From Planctomycetota bacterium (GTDB taxonomy: Bacteria > Planctomycetota > Planctomycetia > JALXBF01), in assembly GCA_026981825.1 (NCBI GenBank), contig JALSID010000115.1, positions 4,198-68,197 on the forward strand: 64,000 nt of DNA. The letters run 5' to 3'. Each line of letters opens with the position of its first letter. Positions within the stretch are counted from its first letter, which is position 1. Below, in pieces: positions 39,990 to 49,228 of this stretch. Made by a program: the position numbers and the translations under genes. The notes under the pieces are model-generated. The model saw only the letters and a list, made by a program, of their open reading frames with translations, did not search any database and was not told the DNA's origin.

Positions 39990-40928
39990 CTATTCCTCAA
40001 AGCTGCTAAAGCCGACGAGGTCGTCCAGCCGAACGTGCTCCGGATCGAACTTGTGTGCCGCCTCGAGCATACGGTCCATCGTGGCATCGTAATCGGCGGC
40101 CGACCTTTTTCGCGGCTCCAGGGGGCTCAGCCGACTTACCACATAGGTCTTCAGGTACGGGCTCTCCACGCCCTGAGCTCTCAGGGCGTCGACAATTGCG
40201 GTGATCCGCTCGTCGAGCTGCAGCAGCTTCTGCGCGCGGGCCTTGCGGACCTCCAGCGCTTCCGGCAACGGCACCTCAAGGAACTGATCGATCCGCTTCA
40301 GAAGGCTTTGGTAGGCACCGCCCGAGAACCTGGCGTGATCGAGGTAGCAGAAGCCAAGGGTGAGGAAGTAGGGTTCTTCGAACTGGACGGCAAACTCCAC
40401 CTCGGGCCGCGGGTCGAACGCCGCAAGGTCCTGCGCCATACGCACTGCTTCGAGCGACTTCTCCTTGAGGTTGTGTGCCTTCTCGGTATTGAGAGCAAGG
40501 ATCTGGTAGGCGATCTCACGTTCGGGGAGAACGATCGCCAGGATGCTTGTCGCCCCAAGCTGCTTCATGGCGGCCGTTCGGTGATAGCCGTTCGGCGTCC
40601 AGTACCGCCCATCCTCGGTACGGACCGCGATGATGGGATCGAGATAGCGGTCGAGCTTCTCGATCACGACAGCCAGCCGGTTCACGTGGCTGGTGGAGAG
40701 GTCTCGCTGGAATGGAGTCGGATCGACCCGCTCCAGGGGCAAGGCGACAAGCAGTTGCCAGTGCCCTCCCCAGGGATCACGAAAGGTGCATAGCACTTTG
40801 CCGCCATCCTGTTCGATGAGGTCGGCAAACTCTTTCAGCTCGGCCGGCACGACAGGCTCGGCCACCTCGGCAGGCTTCAACCCCCGGACGCCGATCCCGG
40901 CCACTGCCGCCTTTCTTTTCCTCCCCAT
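39990..40928 (-). CDS. ParB/sulfiredoxin-like (ParB N-terminal nuclease-like) domain protein
   Basis: Likely start MGRKRKAAVAG (ATG 40926-40928) within ORF 39990..41321. ParB/Srx-fold signature ...PIIAVRTEDGRYWTPNGYHRTAAMKQLG (DGxHR..A). The upstream part of the listed ORF is Arg/Gly-rich junk. Confidence 0.55.
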   Translation of the reverse strand: MGRKRKAAVAGIGVRGLKPAEVAEPVVPAELKEFADLIEQDGGKVLCTFRDPWGGHWQLLVALPLERVDPTPFQRDLSTSHVNRLAVVIEKLDRYLDPIIAVRTEDGRYWTPNGYHRTAAMKQLGATSILAIVLPEREIAYQILALNTEKAHNLKEKSLEAVRMAQDLAAFDPRPEVEFAVQFEEPYFLTLGFCYLDHARFSGGAYQSLLKRIDQFLEVPLPEALEVRKARAQKLLQLDERITAIVDALRAQGVESPYLKTYVVSRLSPLEPRKRSAADYDATMDRMLEAAHKFDPEHVRLDDLVGFSSFEE

Positions 40929-41344
40929 CGCGCACCTCCCGCCAGTGCTCTTTCGGAAAGCACGGTTCCGCCTGGCCATCCGATCGGTTTGCAATCTGCG
41001 TTCCGAAAGTACACGCGACAACGGCCGGTCCTGGCGTGAGGCGCCGGACTCCGAAAAACCGACCAACGCACGACCGGCGTTGAGGGCAACCGTGCCTTCA
41101 GCCGTCGGCGGCCGGCCAGCCGAGCCGGCTAGGTAGCGACAAGCTGACCGGGCGCCGCGCACAGTTGCCGCCCACGCTCGCCCACTCCTCCGCCGCTTAG
41201 CGGACCGACCAAACCGAGGCAGGCGGCCTGGTCGGCCCCCCGGAGCGGTCGTGGTCGCAGGGTGTTCTGGTCGCCAGTCGCATGGGCAATCCGATGCTGG
41301 ACGGAGTATACTCGGGAGCATGGATGTGCGTGCTGGAGGCGAAC

Positions 41345-44300
41345 ATGGGAAAGCTCACGCAGAAGGTTTGGCCCGCGGCCCTGGTTGGAGTTCTTCTCGT
41401 TTCCGTGGCCGGGGCGGCTCGCGAGGCTGTGGCCCAGAGCTATCCGGCCAATCCTGAGGCGGTGGTCCGGCAGCAGCGCGGGCCTGATTGGCGACGTCGC
41501 CCGGTCGCCCCGGAGATCCGCCTTCGGGAAGCCGAACTTCCGGTAGGTTCGGTGACCACAGTTTTCGTGCAGTTCGGCTTAAGGGACACGGGCCCGCGGG
41601 ACTGGTCGGGATCCGTCACGACCGAGGGAGCGCGCCTCGTACGCGTTCGTGGCTGGCGGTTCGCACCCGGAATGAGCGTGAGCGGGGCCTCCTGGACATG
41701 CGGCTCCTGGTGGGGGCCGCGTCCGGTGCAGCGCGTCTTTGACGTCCACCTGCCCGGCCGCTTATGGCCCTTCCTTCGGCCCGGACTGCTGATCGACCTC
41801 GAACACGTCTCCACTGCCGCCCGATTGCGTTTCAAAACCGCTCAGGGGGACTTCGATATCCCCCTTCGCGACATCCTCCGCATGGGGCAGCTCAGGCGGT
41901 TGCGCGGGGCGGTCCGGGCAACACTGGCCGTGTATGGACAGCCGGCCGGCGTCGAGCCGCTGCCAGACCATCCGGAGGAGCACACGTGGCACGACTGGCC
42001 TTCGGTGCTCGCCGATAACGGCGGGGCGTGGATCGCCTACCAGAGCTACCGACGGGGCCGCGGTGACGTCCTGGTCGTACGCCGCTTCGAAGCGAACAGC
42101 TTGACCCCCGTGCAAATCATTCAGCCCCCTGCCAACGACGTCTACCGTACGGCATTAGGTCGGGATCGAACGGGCCGGATCTGGCTGGTGGCCAGCGTCC
42201 AGGTGGAGGGCAACTGGGATCTCTACGGTTGGGTACGAACCAAGGGGGGCTGGCAAGGTCCTGAGCGCCTCACGCACGCTCCCTACTCAGATATCCATCA
42301 CGCGCTTGTTCGAGATGCTGACGGTTTGCTTTGGCTGGTGTGGCAGGGCTTTCGGGATGGCCAGAGCGATATCCTGGCCAGGGTGTTCGACGGCGAGCGT
42401 TGGTCGGAAACGGCGCGTATCAGCGAATCGCCCCGCAACGACTGGGAACCGAGTGCTTGCCCCTATCCCGGAGGGGGCATAGCTATCGTCTGGGACAGCT
42501 ACGACCAGGGCAACTACGACGTTTTCGCTCGGCTGGCACGGGCCGAGTCCGCGAGCCACGTTCAGGTGAGCCGGGTTTACCAGGTAACCAGTGGTTCCTG
42601 GCGCGATTGCCGGGCGAGCGTGGCGGCCGACCGCAAAGGGCGGCTCTGGATCGCCTTCGATCGCGGTGGCAAACACTGGGGCAAGGACACCGGCTATTGG
42701 CTTGAGCTGAAACGGATGCCCCAGGGCAGTCGCCTGTACGAGCACCGCTGGATCGAACTGCGCGTCCTCGACCCGAAGACCGGAGCGATCGATCTACCCC
42801 CGTCGTACCGGCACCCGGATAACTTCGATCCCTCGTTGATCGAATCGGCCGAGAGGCCGCAACTCATCGTGGACGACCAGGGCCGCCTGTGGCTGCTCTA
42901 TCGGCGTTACAGCACGAGCGACCGAAGCCGGCGGGGCGTCGGCTGGCGGTTCTACTGGGAGGCGTACATCACCGGGTACAACGCGACCGAAGGCCGGTGG
43001 GGGCCGGAGTTGCTCCTGGCGGACTCAACGGGACGACTCGATGCAGTACCCGGCCTGTCGCTCCACGAGGGGACATTGTGGATCGCGTGGCCGACGGATC
43101 ACCGCACGATCCTGGGCGCCCGCCCGGACGCAATGAGCGTGTTCGCGGGCATGCTGGACGTCTCCTTGGCGCCTCTCTCCGGGGAGCTGGCTGCGGTCAC
43201 GGGGAAACCGGCCCCCTTCGATGCGCCGGAGCCCGATCCGGTGCATCCTCACGAGGCCCTGGACCTGGCTCGGATCAGAAGCTACCGGGTCCAAACCGCC
43301 GAGGGGGAACTCCGCATCCTGCGCGGAGATATGCACCGCCATACGGAGAACTCGCAGGACGGGGGCAACGAAGGCTCGCTGATCGACGTCTATCGCTACG
43401 CCCTTGATGCCGCCTCGCTCGATTACCTCCTCGTTACAGACCACAATGACGGCTACGCACACTACCAGTGGTGGATCCGCGAGAAATCCAACGACCTGTT
43501 CCACATGCCGCCTTACTTCGTCACACTCTATGGCTACGAGCGAAGCGTGGGCTATCCGAACGGGCATCGCAACGTGTTTCTCCTGAACCGCGGCGTCGAG
43601 CCCTTGCCGATCCGACCGGACGAGCAGCCGCGGCGGGGACGTGTCCGTGCGGGCTCAGGCAAGTTCCTCTACCCATATCTGCGCGAAAACCAGGGCATTT
43701 GCTTTTCCCACACGAGCGCCACTGGCATGGGCACGGACTGGCGAGATAATGATCCCGAGCTGGAGCCGCTGGTTGAAATCTTCCAGGGCGACCGAACCAA
43801 CTATGAGATGATCGGTGCCCCCTGGGCAGCCGATCCCGACGACCCCAGCACTCAGGAAGGAGGCTTCCGACCGGCCGGCTTCGTCGTAAACGCCCTGCGG
43901 AAGGGATATCGGTTAGGCTTCCAGGCATCCAGCGATCATTTGAGTACCCACCTGAGCTACGCGTGCGTTCTCGCCCCCCGAAACCGGAGACGGGCGCTGT
44001 TCGAAGCCATGAAGAAGCGTCACACCTACGCAGCAACTGACAATATCATCGTCGATGTTAGGCTCGCTGCCGGTGACAGGGTTGCCATTATGGGGGACGT
44101 GACGAGCTGCACGTCGTACCCGAAGCTGAACATCTACGTCCGAGGCACGCGCCCAATCGAGAATCTGGTAGTTGTCCGATCGGGCGAAGTCGTGTTCTCC
44201 TGTGCTCCACGCGACACCATCGTTCACCTTACTTTCGAGGACACCCGTCCCGAACCGGAGGGGCCGCTGTACTACTACGTACGCGTGCAACAAACCGATG

Positions 44301-44350
44301 AGCGAATCGCGTGGAGCTCGCCGATCTGGGTCAAGCTTCAAATGAAGTAA
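41345..44350 (+). CDS. Secreted DUF3604-like protein: N-terminal BNR/sialidase-like repeat region plus C-terminal PHP-like metal-dependent phosphoesterase-like domain
   Basis: Start MGKLTQKVWPAALVGVLLVSVAGAA (signal peptide) at 41345. Repeated ..GR(I/L)W(L/I).. Asp-box-like blocks (DRTGRIWLVAS, DADGLLWLVWQ, DRKGRLWIAFDRGG, DDQGRLWLLY). PHP-like motif RGDMHRHTENS...LLVTDHND...GYERS...FSHTSATG. It is collinear with the partial ORF at 62319..64000. Confidence 0.65.
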   Translation: MGKLTQKVWPAALVGVLLVSVAGAAREAVAQSYPANPEAVVRQQRGPDWRRRPVAPEIRLREAELPVGSVTTVFVQFGLRDTGPRDWSGSVTTEGARLVRVRGWRFAPGMSVSGASWTCGSWWGPRPVQRVFDVHLPGRLWPFLRPGLLIDLEHVSTAARLRFKTAQGDFDIPLRDILRMGQLRRLRGAVRATLAVYGQPAGVEPLPDHPEEHTWHDWPSVLADNGGAWIAYQSYRRGRGDVLVVRRFEANSLTPVQIIQPPANDVYRTALGRDRTGRIWLVASVQVEGNWDLYGWVRTKGGWQGPERLTHAPYSDIHHALVRDADGLLWLVWQGFRDGQSDILARVFDGERWSETARISESPRNDWEPSACPYPGGGIAIVWDSYDQGNYDVFARLARAESASHVQVSRVYQVTSGSWRDCRASVAADRKGRLWIAFDRGGKHWGKDTGYWLELKRMPQGSRLYEHRWIELRVLDPKTGAIDLPPSYRHPDNFDPSLIESAERPQLIVDDQGRLWLLYRRYSTSDRSRRGVGWRFYWEAYITGYNATEGRWGPELLLADSTGRLDAVPGLSLHEGTLWIAWPTDHRTILGARPDAMSVFAGMLDVSLAPLSGELAAVTGKPAPFDAPEPDPVHPHEALDLARIRSYRVQTAEGELRILRGDMHRHTENSQDGGNEGSLIDVYRYALDAASLDYLLVTDHNDGYAHYQWWIREKSNDLFHMPPYFVTLYGYERSVGYPNGHRNVFLLNRGVEPLPIRPDEQPRRGRVRAGSGKFLYPYLRENQGICFSHTSATGMGTDWRDNDPELEPLVEIFQGDRTNYEMIGAPWAADPDDPSTQEGGFRPAGFVVNALRKGYRLGFQASSDHLSTHLSYACVLAPRNRRRALFEAMKKRHTYAATDNIIVDVRLAAGDRVAIMGDVTSCTSYPKLNIYVRGTRPIENLVVVRSGEVVFSCAPRDTIVHLTFEDTRPEPEGPLYYYVRVQQTDERIAWSSPIWVKLQMK

Positions 44351-44356
44351 GGCAGC

Positions 44357-45922
44357 CTACGGCTCCGGTGTCCGCGCCGCTCGATTTCCACTCACCCGCG
44401 TCGCCTCCTCCGCCGTCTCCGACGGGTGCAGGAAATAGTCGTCCCAGCGATCGTTCAAGATCCGTAACGCCTCGTCCAACGGCACAACATGCCAGAGGGC
44501 GTCTTCGTCCTGGCGTGCCAAACCAAGGTCAACAAGCTTCCGCAAGGCGTCGTCGGACTCAAAGTCCACTCTCACCCCGAAGCGGTCGTAAAGCAGACGC
44601 TCGGCACGAGCATCCAGCTCGGACTCGCGCAACGGCCCCTCGGTAAGGAGTAATGCGTATGCGAGCAGAGCTTCCTTGCACTCCTGTTCGGCCACCGAAT
44701 CCAGTAGATAGAGGATGACACCCAGATCGTTGTCGCGGTGCTTCGAGTACAGCGCATCCGTGACCAGAAGCAGGTAGCGATCCCGGGATACCTTGAACTG
44801 GAAGAACACTTTCGATCCGTAGCCGGCAAGGGAAATCAGCGTGCCGAAAAACACGGCCGGATTTAGAACGGCGGTGAGTAGCCTCATTATCAGGATGCCC
44901 GCCCCGACCAAGGCGGTGACCGCAAGCTTCACCACGTCGAGCGGCTTCATAGACATCTTCTTGGCCGGGAAGATCACCTCGAGGTCTGAAATCGGAATGT
45001 CGCGGTAGGCGCGGATTTGCAGCGGCGTACAGGAACACTCTTCGTCCCCCTGCTTCTTCCGATGCTCCGGAGGGCACAGGCGGTAGAGGAGCACTACCTC
45101 TTTGAAGGTCGGTTCCGTGATCTGCGTCACCCGAAACAGGTTCCTCAACCCATACCCGGCCTGGCGCAGGGTGACACGTCGTTGTCGTACCTGACTGTGA
45201 ATCGTCCGGTACTGCGACCAGGCGTGCACCAACCCGTCGTCGCCCCCTTCGCTCTTTTCGCTGCCCGGCTCGCTTCGTCCGAGGAACCGGCGGCACAATG
45301 CGGCAACCACACGAAAGGGGTCAAACACAACCAGGTCCAGCACGTCACCGACCAGTAGATCGATCTTCTGCAGCAGGAACCGGCCCTCGGCTGTCTCCTC
45401 GCCCAGGCCGCGCACGAAGATGAGCATGTGCTCGGTGTGTCTGCCAGGCGGAAGGACGTGCCGCCACTCAGGATGGCGCTCGTAGAATCGCCGCAAGTAG
45501 GAGTCGTCCAATTTGGACCAGTCGACGCGCAGGGGGAGCATGTACAGGAAGTCATCGCGCTCGGCTTGCTTGATCACGCTGTACGGGATTGGCCGGAAGT
45601 TCGCCCGCTTCAACGTTTGCAGAAAAATGTCCAGAAACGTATCCATCGCCTCGTCGCGCTGAGACCGGTCGCACCACCAGTGGTCATTGGAGGCGTGGAT
45701 GACCGACCAGGCGCCCTTAGCCCGCTCCGATTCCGACCATACCTCGTGCGCGTACACAGCCTTGAGGATGCGACAAAAACTGGTCCACTGGTGTGATTGG
45801 CCGGAACCGAGGGCCCCAGTACAGACAACGCGCGAAATACCCGTCAGAGGCACCGGGATGTAGTGCTCTGGCTCGAAGCATTCGAACGTGCCCGAATCAT
45901 TGGACGTCGTTTGCGCTTCCAT
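44357..45922 (-). CDS. Hypothetical protein (521 aa) with a central hydrophobic hairpin (possible membrane protein)
   Basis: Clean ORF with ordinary composition. Hydrophobic stretch VVKLAVTALVGAGILIMRLLTAVLNPAVFFGTLISLAGYG. Stop is 7 nt from the stop of the convergent DUF3604-like gene. No family recognised with confidence. Confidence 0.5.
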   Translation of the reverse strand: MEAQTTSNDSGTFECFEPEHYIPVPLTGISRVVCTGALGSGQSHQWTSFCRILKAVYAHEVWSESERAKGAWSVIHASNDHWWCDRSQRDEAMDTFLDIFLQTLKRANFRPIPYSVIKQAERDDFLYMLPLRVDWSKLDDSYLRRFYERHPEWRHVLPPGRHTEHMLIFVRGLGEETAEGRFLLQKIDLLVGDVLDLVVFDPFRVVAALCRRFLGRSEPGSEKSEGGDDGLVHAWSQYRTIHSQVRQRRVTLRQAGYGLRNLFRVTQITEPTFKEVVLLYRLCPPEHRKKQGDEECSCTPLQIRAYRDIPISDLEVIFPAKKMSMKPLDVVKLAVTALVGAGILIMRLLTAVLNPAVFFGTLISLAGYGSKVFFQFKVSRDRYLLLVTDALYSKHRDNDLGVILYLLDSVAEQECKEALLAYALLLTEGPLRESELDARAERLLYDRFGVRVDFESDDALRKLVDLGLARQDEDALWHVVPLDEALRILNDRWDDYFLHPSETAEEATRVSGNRAARTPEP

Positions 45923-46375
45923 CCCCTACGAACACACTCAGGCGGTGCTACGGCGGACCAACCAACGCATTCTAATGATCCCCGTCCCTGGCCCCACTCT
46001 ATGGTACACACATCCGCCGGCGGTTTCCGCCTCGAGCGAACCGCCGCTACACTCACGCTGCAAGGGCCCATCAGACAAGGGCGCTCGGCGCGACCTCCAC
46101 GCTCGACAGCTTGCGGATGACTCCCGACACCGCCTAAACCTGTTTTCATTCACGCGGACGGTCTGACGCCGGACTGCTCCGCGGGCGCATGCGGCACGCT
46201 CCCGTACAGAGCTCTTCGTACCGACCACCGTGGCCGGCCAGCCCGGCTGCTGATTCGGTCCGCCGGATCGCTGAAGAACCGATCCCACTCGCCGGTCCTG
46301 CCCCCTTACGATAGCAACACCTCGCACCACGATGGCCCCTACGGCCCCCTTTACAACCGCTGACGCAACCTCCCC

Positions 46376-46864
46376 CTATGGCTCATCTACCCCCTTTGCG
46401 TCCACCCGCTGCCAACGTTGTCTCAGGTCCGCAACGAAGTGGTCCGGGCTTTGCGGAGAAATCGCCAGCGGCATCATACGCCCCAACCCGAAGAGGCCGT
46501 CGTATTCGATGAGGACGTATCGGACAGAAAGGGCGAAGTTGATCGCTGCCCAGCACGGCCTGCCGTCGGCCCGAACCGCCCTGATCGAGCGGTATGGCAC
46601 GGTCAGGCGGAAGGGAAAAAGGAGAATGCGGAGCGAGTCATCCCGCAGCTCGTACCGCAGCAAGAACGGTATCGCGGGCACCCAGACGCCGACCACGAAC
46701 ATAGCGCCGACAGCGACGTACAGCCCCCAGGGATCATTAGCCCTGACCTGTGCCGCCACCAGCCCGAACGCCAGTGCGATCAACAAGATCCCCGACGTTG
46801 CCAGCAAGGCCAGAACCCACCAATCAGCGCGAGCCCTGTACACGCTGGTCGCGGTCTCGGGCAT
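46376..46864 (-). CDS. Small membrane protein, bacterial PH-domain (bPH_2/YdbS-like) candidate
   Basis: Start assumed at MPETATSVYRARADWW (ATG 46862-46864). Two TM helices (WWVLALLATSGILLIALAFGLVAA; LYVAVGAMFVVGVWVPAIPFLL) are followed by a roughly 90-aa soluble domain, the usual bPH_2 layout. Confidence 0.45.
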   Translation of the reverse strand: MPETATSVYRARADWWVLALLATSGILLIALAFGLVAAQVRANDPWGLYVAVGAMFVVGVWVPAIPFLLRYELRDDSLRILLFPFRLTVPYRSIRAVRADGRPCWAAINFALSVRYVLIEYDGLFGLGRMMPLAISPQSPDHFVADLRQRWQRVDAKGVDEP

Positions 46865-47302
46865 CTCTCCAGTCCCACAGCAGGAGATCATCGGTGGGGT
46901 ACCCAGGCAAATCAAGGCGGTCACTCTGCCATGCTGACGCGAGCGATCGCCACTTGAGAATTGTACTTCCCCCCTCTTCGTGCGCAACCTGACCGCGCCG
47001 CCGAAACCGGACGCCTGTCGCACCTCTGGCTCAGCCTGAATCTCTTCCCCAGCCCTTTTTGCATCCCTGTCGTAACCGCTCGGCCGTCGACATTTGGCTA
47101 CACCAAATTGACCGGCCCAGCAAGCGCGCAGGCACCGCCGACGTGATCTACCCCGGTGGGCGACACAACCGGGTTACACAGCCCTCGGCCCCCGGATCCA
47201 ACGTTGCTCGCCTTCGCGCCCTGCCAGCAAGGGTGCTCACCCGTCGGAACCCATCGGCCGAACCTCGTGTCGGACCGGGCAGCCACCGGTACGGGGACCG
47301 GT

Positions 47303-48736
47303 TCAGGTTGTAGCGCAGTGCCGAGCAGGTCGGGTTGCCGAGCCGCCCCCGCCGTTTCTGGACTTGTCGGGCAGCAGCCCGAGTCGACGCATCTTCTTGT
47401 ACAGCGTGGCGCGGTTGATCCCCAGGGCGCGCGCCGTGCGCTGCTTGTTCCAATTGTTCGCCTCCAGAGCCGCCAGGATCAGGCGGCGTTCCGGATCCTG
47501 AAGAGCCGCCTTCAGGTTGTTCGGAGCAGGCTCCGGAGCCTGGACGCTGATCCCTGGAACCGCGCCACGAACTGTCGGAGGCAGGTCTTCGGGCTCGATG
47601 TACTCGGATCGGGTCAGTACCACGGCGCGTTCAATCGCGTTTTCCAGCTCCCGAATGTTGCCCGGCCAACTGTAGCACTGCAACAGATCCATCGCCTGCG
47701 GCGTAAATCCTCGCACGACCTTGCCTGTTTCCTCCCTGTACTTCTTGAGAAAGTGCTCGGCCAGAAGCGGAATGTCGGCGCGTCGCTCGCGCAGGGGTGG
47801 CAATTGGATGTTGATTACATTGATCCTGTAGTACAGGTCCTGACGGAACTTGCCTTCGGCCACGAGCTCCTCCAGGTTCTGATTCGTGGCCAGGATCACG
47901 CGCGCGTCCACGCGGATCGTCTCTTGCCCCCCGAGCGGCTCGAACTCCATATCTTGCAACACGCGGAGCAATTTCACCTGCAGGGCCGGAGATGCCGTGG
48001 CAATCTCGTCGAGAAAAACCGTGCCACCGTCCGCAAGCTCGAACTTCCCCTTGCGATCGGTGACCGCACCAGTGAACGCCCCGGCCTTATGACCGAAGAG
48101 CTCGCTCTCCAGCAGGGTCTCCGGCAGGGCGCCGCAACAAACCTCAATGAATGGCCCGTCACGCCTCTGACTGAGCCGGTGAATCGCTCGCGCCGTGAGG
48201 CTCTTGCCCGTACCGCTCTCGCCCGTGATCAGCACCGTTGTCCGGGTGTCCGCCACTGCTTCGATAAGCTCGTACACCTGGAGCATGCGTGCGTCGCGGC
48301 CGATGATGGCATCGAGACTGTAGCGTTGCTCGAGTTGCTTCTTCAGCCGACGGTTCTCCTTTTTCAGCGAGCGACGGGCGAGCGCACGATCCAGAGCGAT
48401 CTTGAGCTCTTCCTCAAAGACCGGCTTCACCAGATAGTCCTCGGCGCCCCGTCGAATTGCCTCGACCGCGTTCTCGACGGTGCCGTAGCCCGTCACCAGG
48501 ATGACAGAAACATCAGAATAGTGTTCCCGCAGCCAGTCCAGGAGGTCAAAGCCGTCGCCGTCCGGCAATTCGGTCTCCACAAAAACGATATCGAAGTCGC
48601 CGTTGCAACATTTCTCCCTAGCTTCAGCGATCGAACCACTGCGGCTGACGTCGAAACCTTGCTCCTCCAGATAGCTCGCCAGAGGATTCACAAACGAAGC
48701 ATCACTGTCGACGATCAGGACGGAGTGATTTGCCAT
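47303..48736 (-). CDS. Sigma-54-dependent response regulator (NtrC family): receiver, AAA+ sigma-54 activator and Fis-type HTH domains
   Basis: Receiver domain (VLIVDSD...DIVFVETELPDGDG...K). Sigma-54 interaction domain (GESGTGKSLTARAIH, ESELFGHKAGAFTGA, GNIRELEN). C-terminal HTH (QRTARALGINRATLYKKMRRLG). Confidence 0.9.
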   Translation of the reverse strand: MANHSVLIVDSDASFVNPLASYLEEQGFDVSRSGSIAEAREKCCNGDFDIVFVETELPDGDGFDLLDWLREHYSDVSVILVTGYGTVENAVEAIRRGAEDYLVKPVFEEELKIALDRALARRSLKKENRRLKKQLEQRYSLDAIIGRDARMLQVYELIEAVADTRTTVLITGESGTGKSLTARAIHRLSQRRDGPFIEVCCGALPETLLESELFGHKAGAFTGAVTDRKGKFELADGGTVFLDEIATASPALQVKLLRVLQDMEFEPLGGQETIRVDARVILATNQNLEELVAEGKFRQDLYYRINVINIQLPPLRERRADIPLLAEHFLKKYREETGKVVRGFTPQAMDLLQCYSWPGNIRELENAIERAVVLTRSEYIEPEDLPPTVRGAVPGISVQAPEPAPNNLKAALQDPERRLILAALEANNWNKQRTARALGINRATLYKKMRRLGLLPDKSRNGGGGSATRPARHCATT

Positions 48737-49228
48737 TGCTCCCCCTGTGACGTGTTCCGTTGACGGTGGTCAACATCGCGACGAACTGGCCGGATACATG
48801 TCACTTGAAATATACACCGCTGAATTGAGAGAAACTGGAGAAGCTGCGCACAAAGATACAACCTGTGCCGATTTTAACGACCGTACGCAGCGTACCAATA
48901 GAGCCACCGTAGCCGGGCAACTGCGTGGAACCTGGACCGGGCTCAGTGGACCTGCCGCTTCAGCCGCCACGCACCCTCGAGGTCCCGGTTCGTACCGCAA
49001 CCTCAGGCCCGGATAACGCGTGTTCCTCGTGGTGCACCCTTACCCCAGACCGCCATGCCTGGCCGCCCAGCCGGGCGCACCAGCGGCCGAGCGAGGTTTC
49101 GGATCGCCTGCCGTGGTTCTGCAGCACGCTAAGCCCTGATCAGGAACCACGGACCGATCGCACTCTCGGACCGCGAACCCGCCCAAGCGGCAACCTTCGC
49201 CCGCTTTCGCAGGTGCAAAGGCCAGGGT

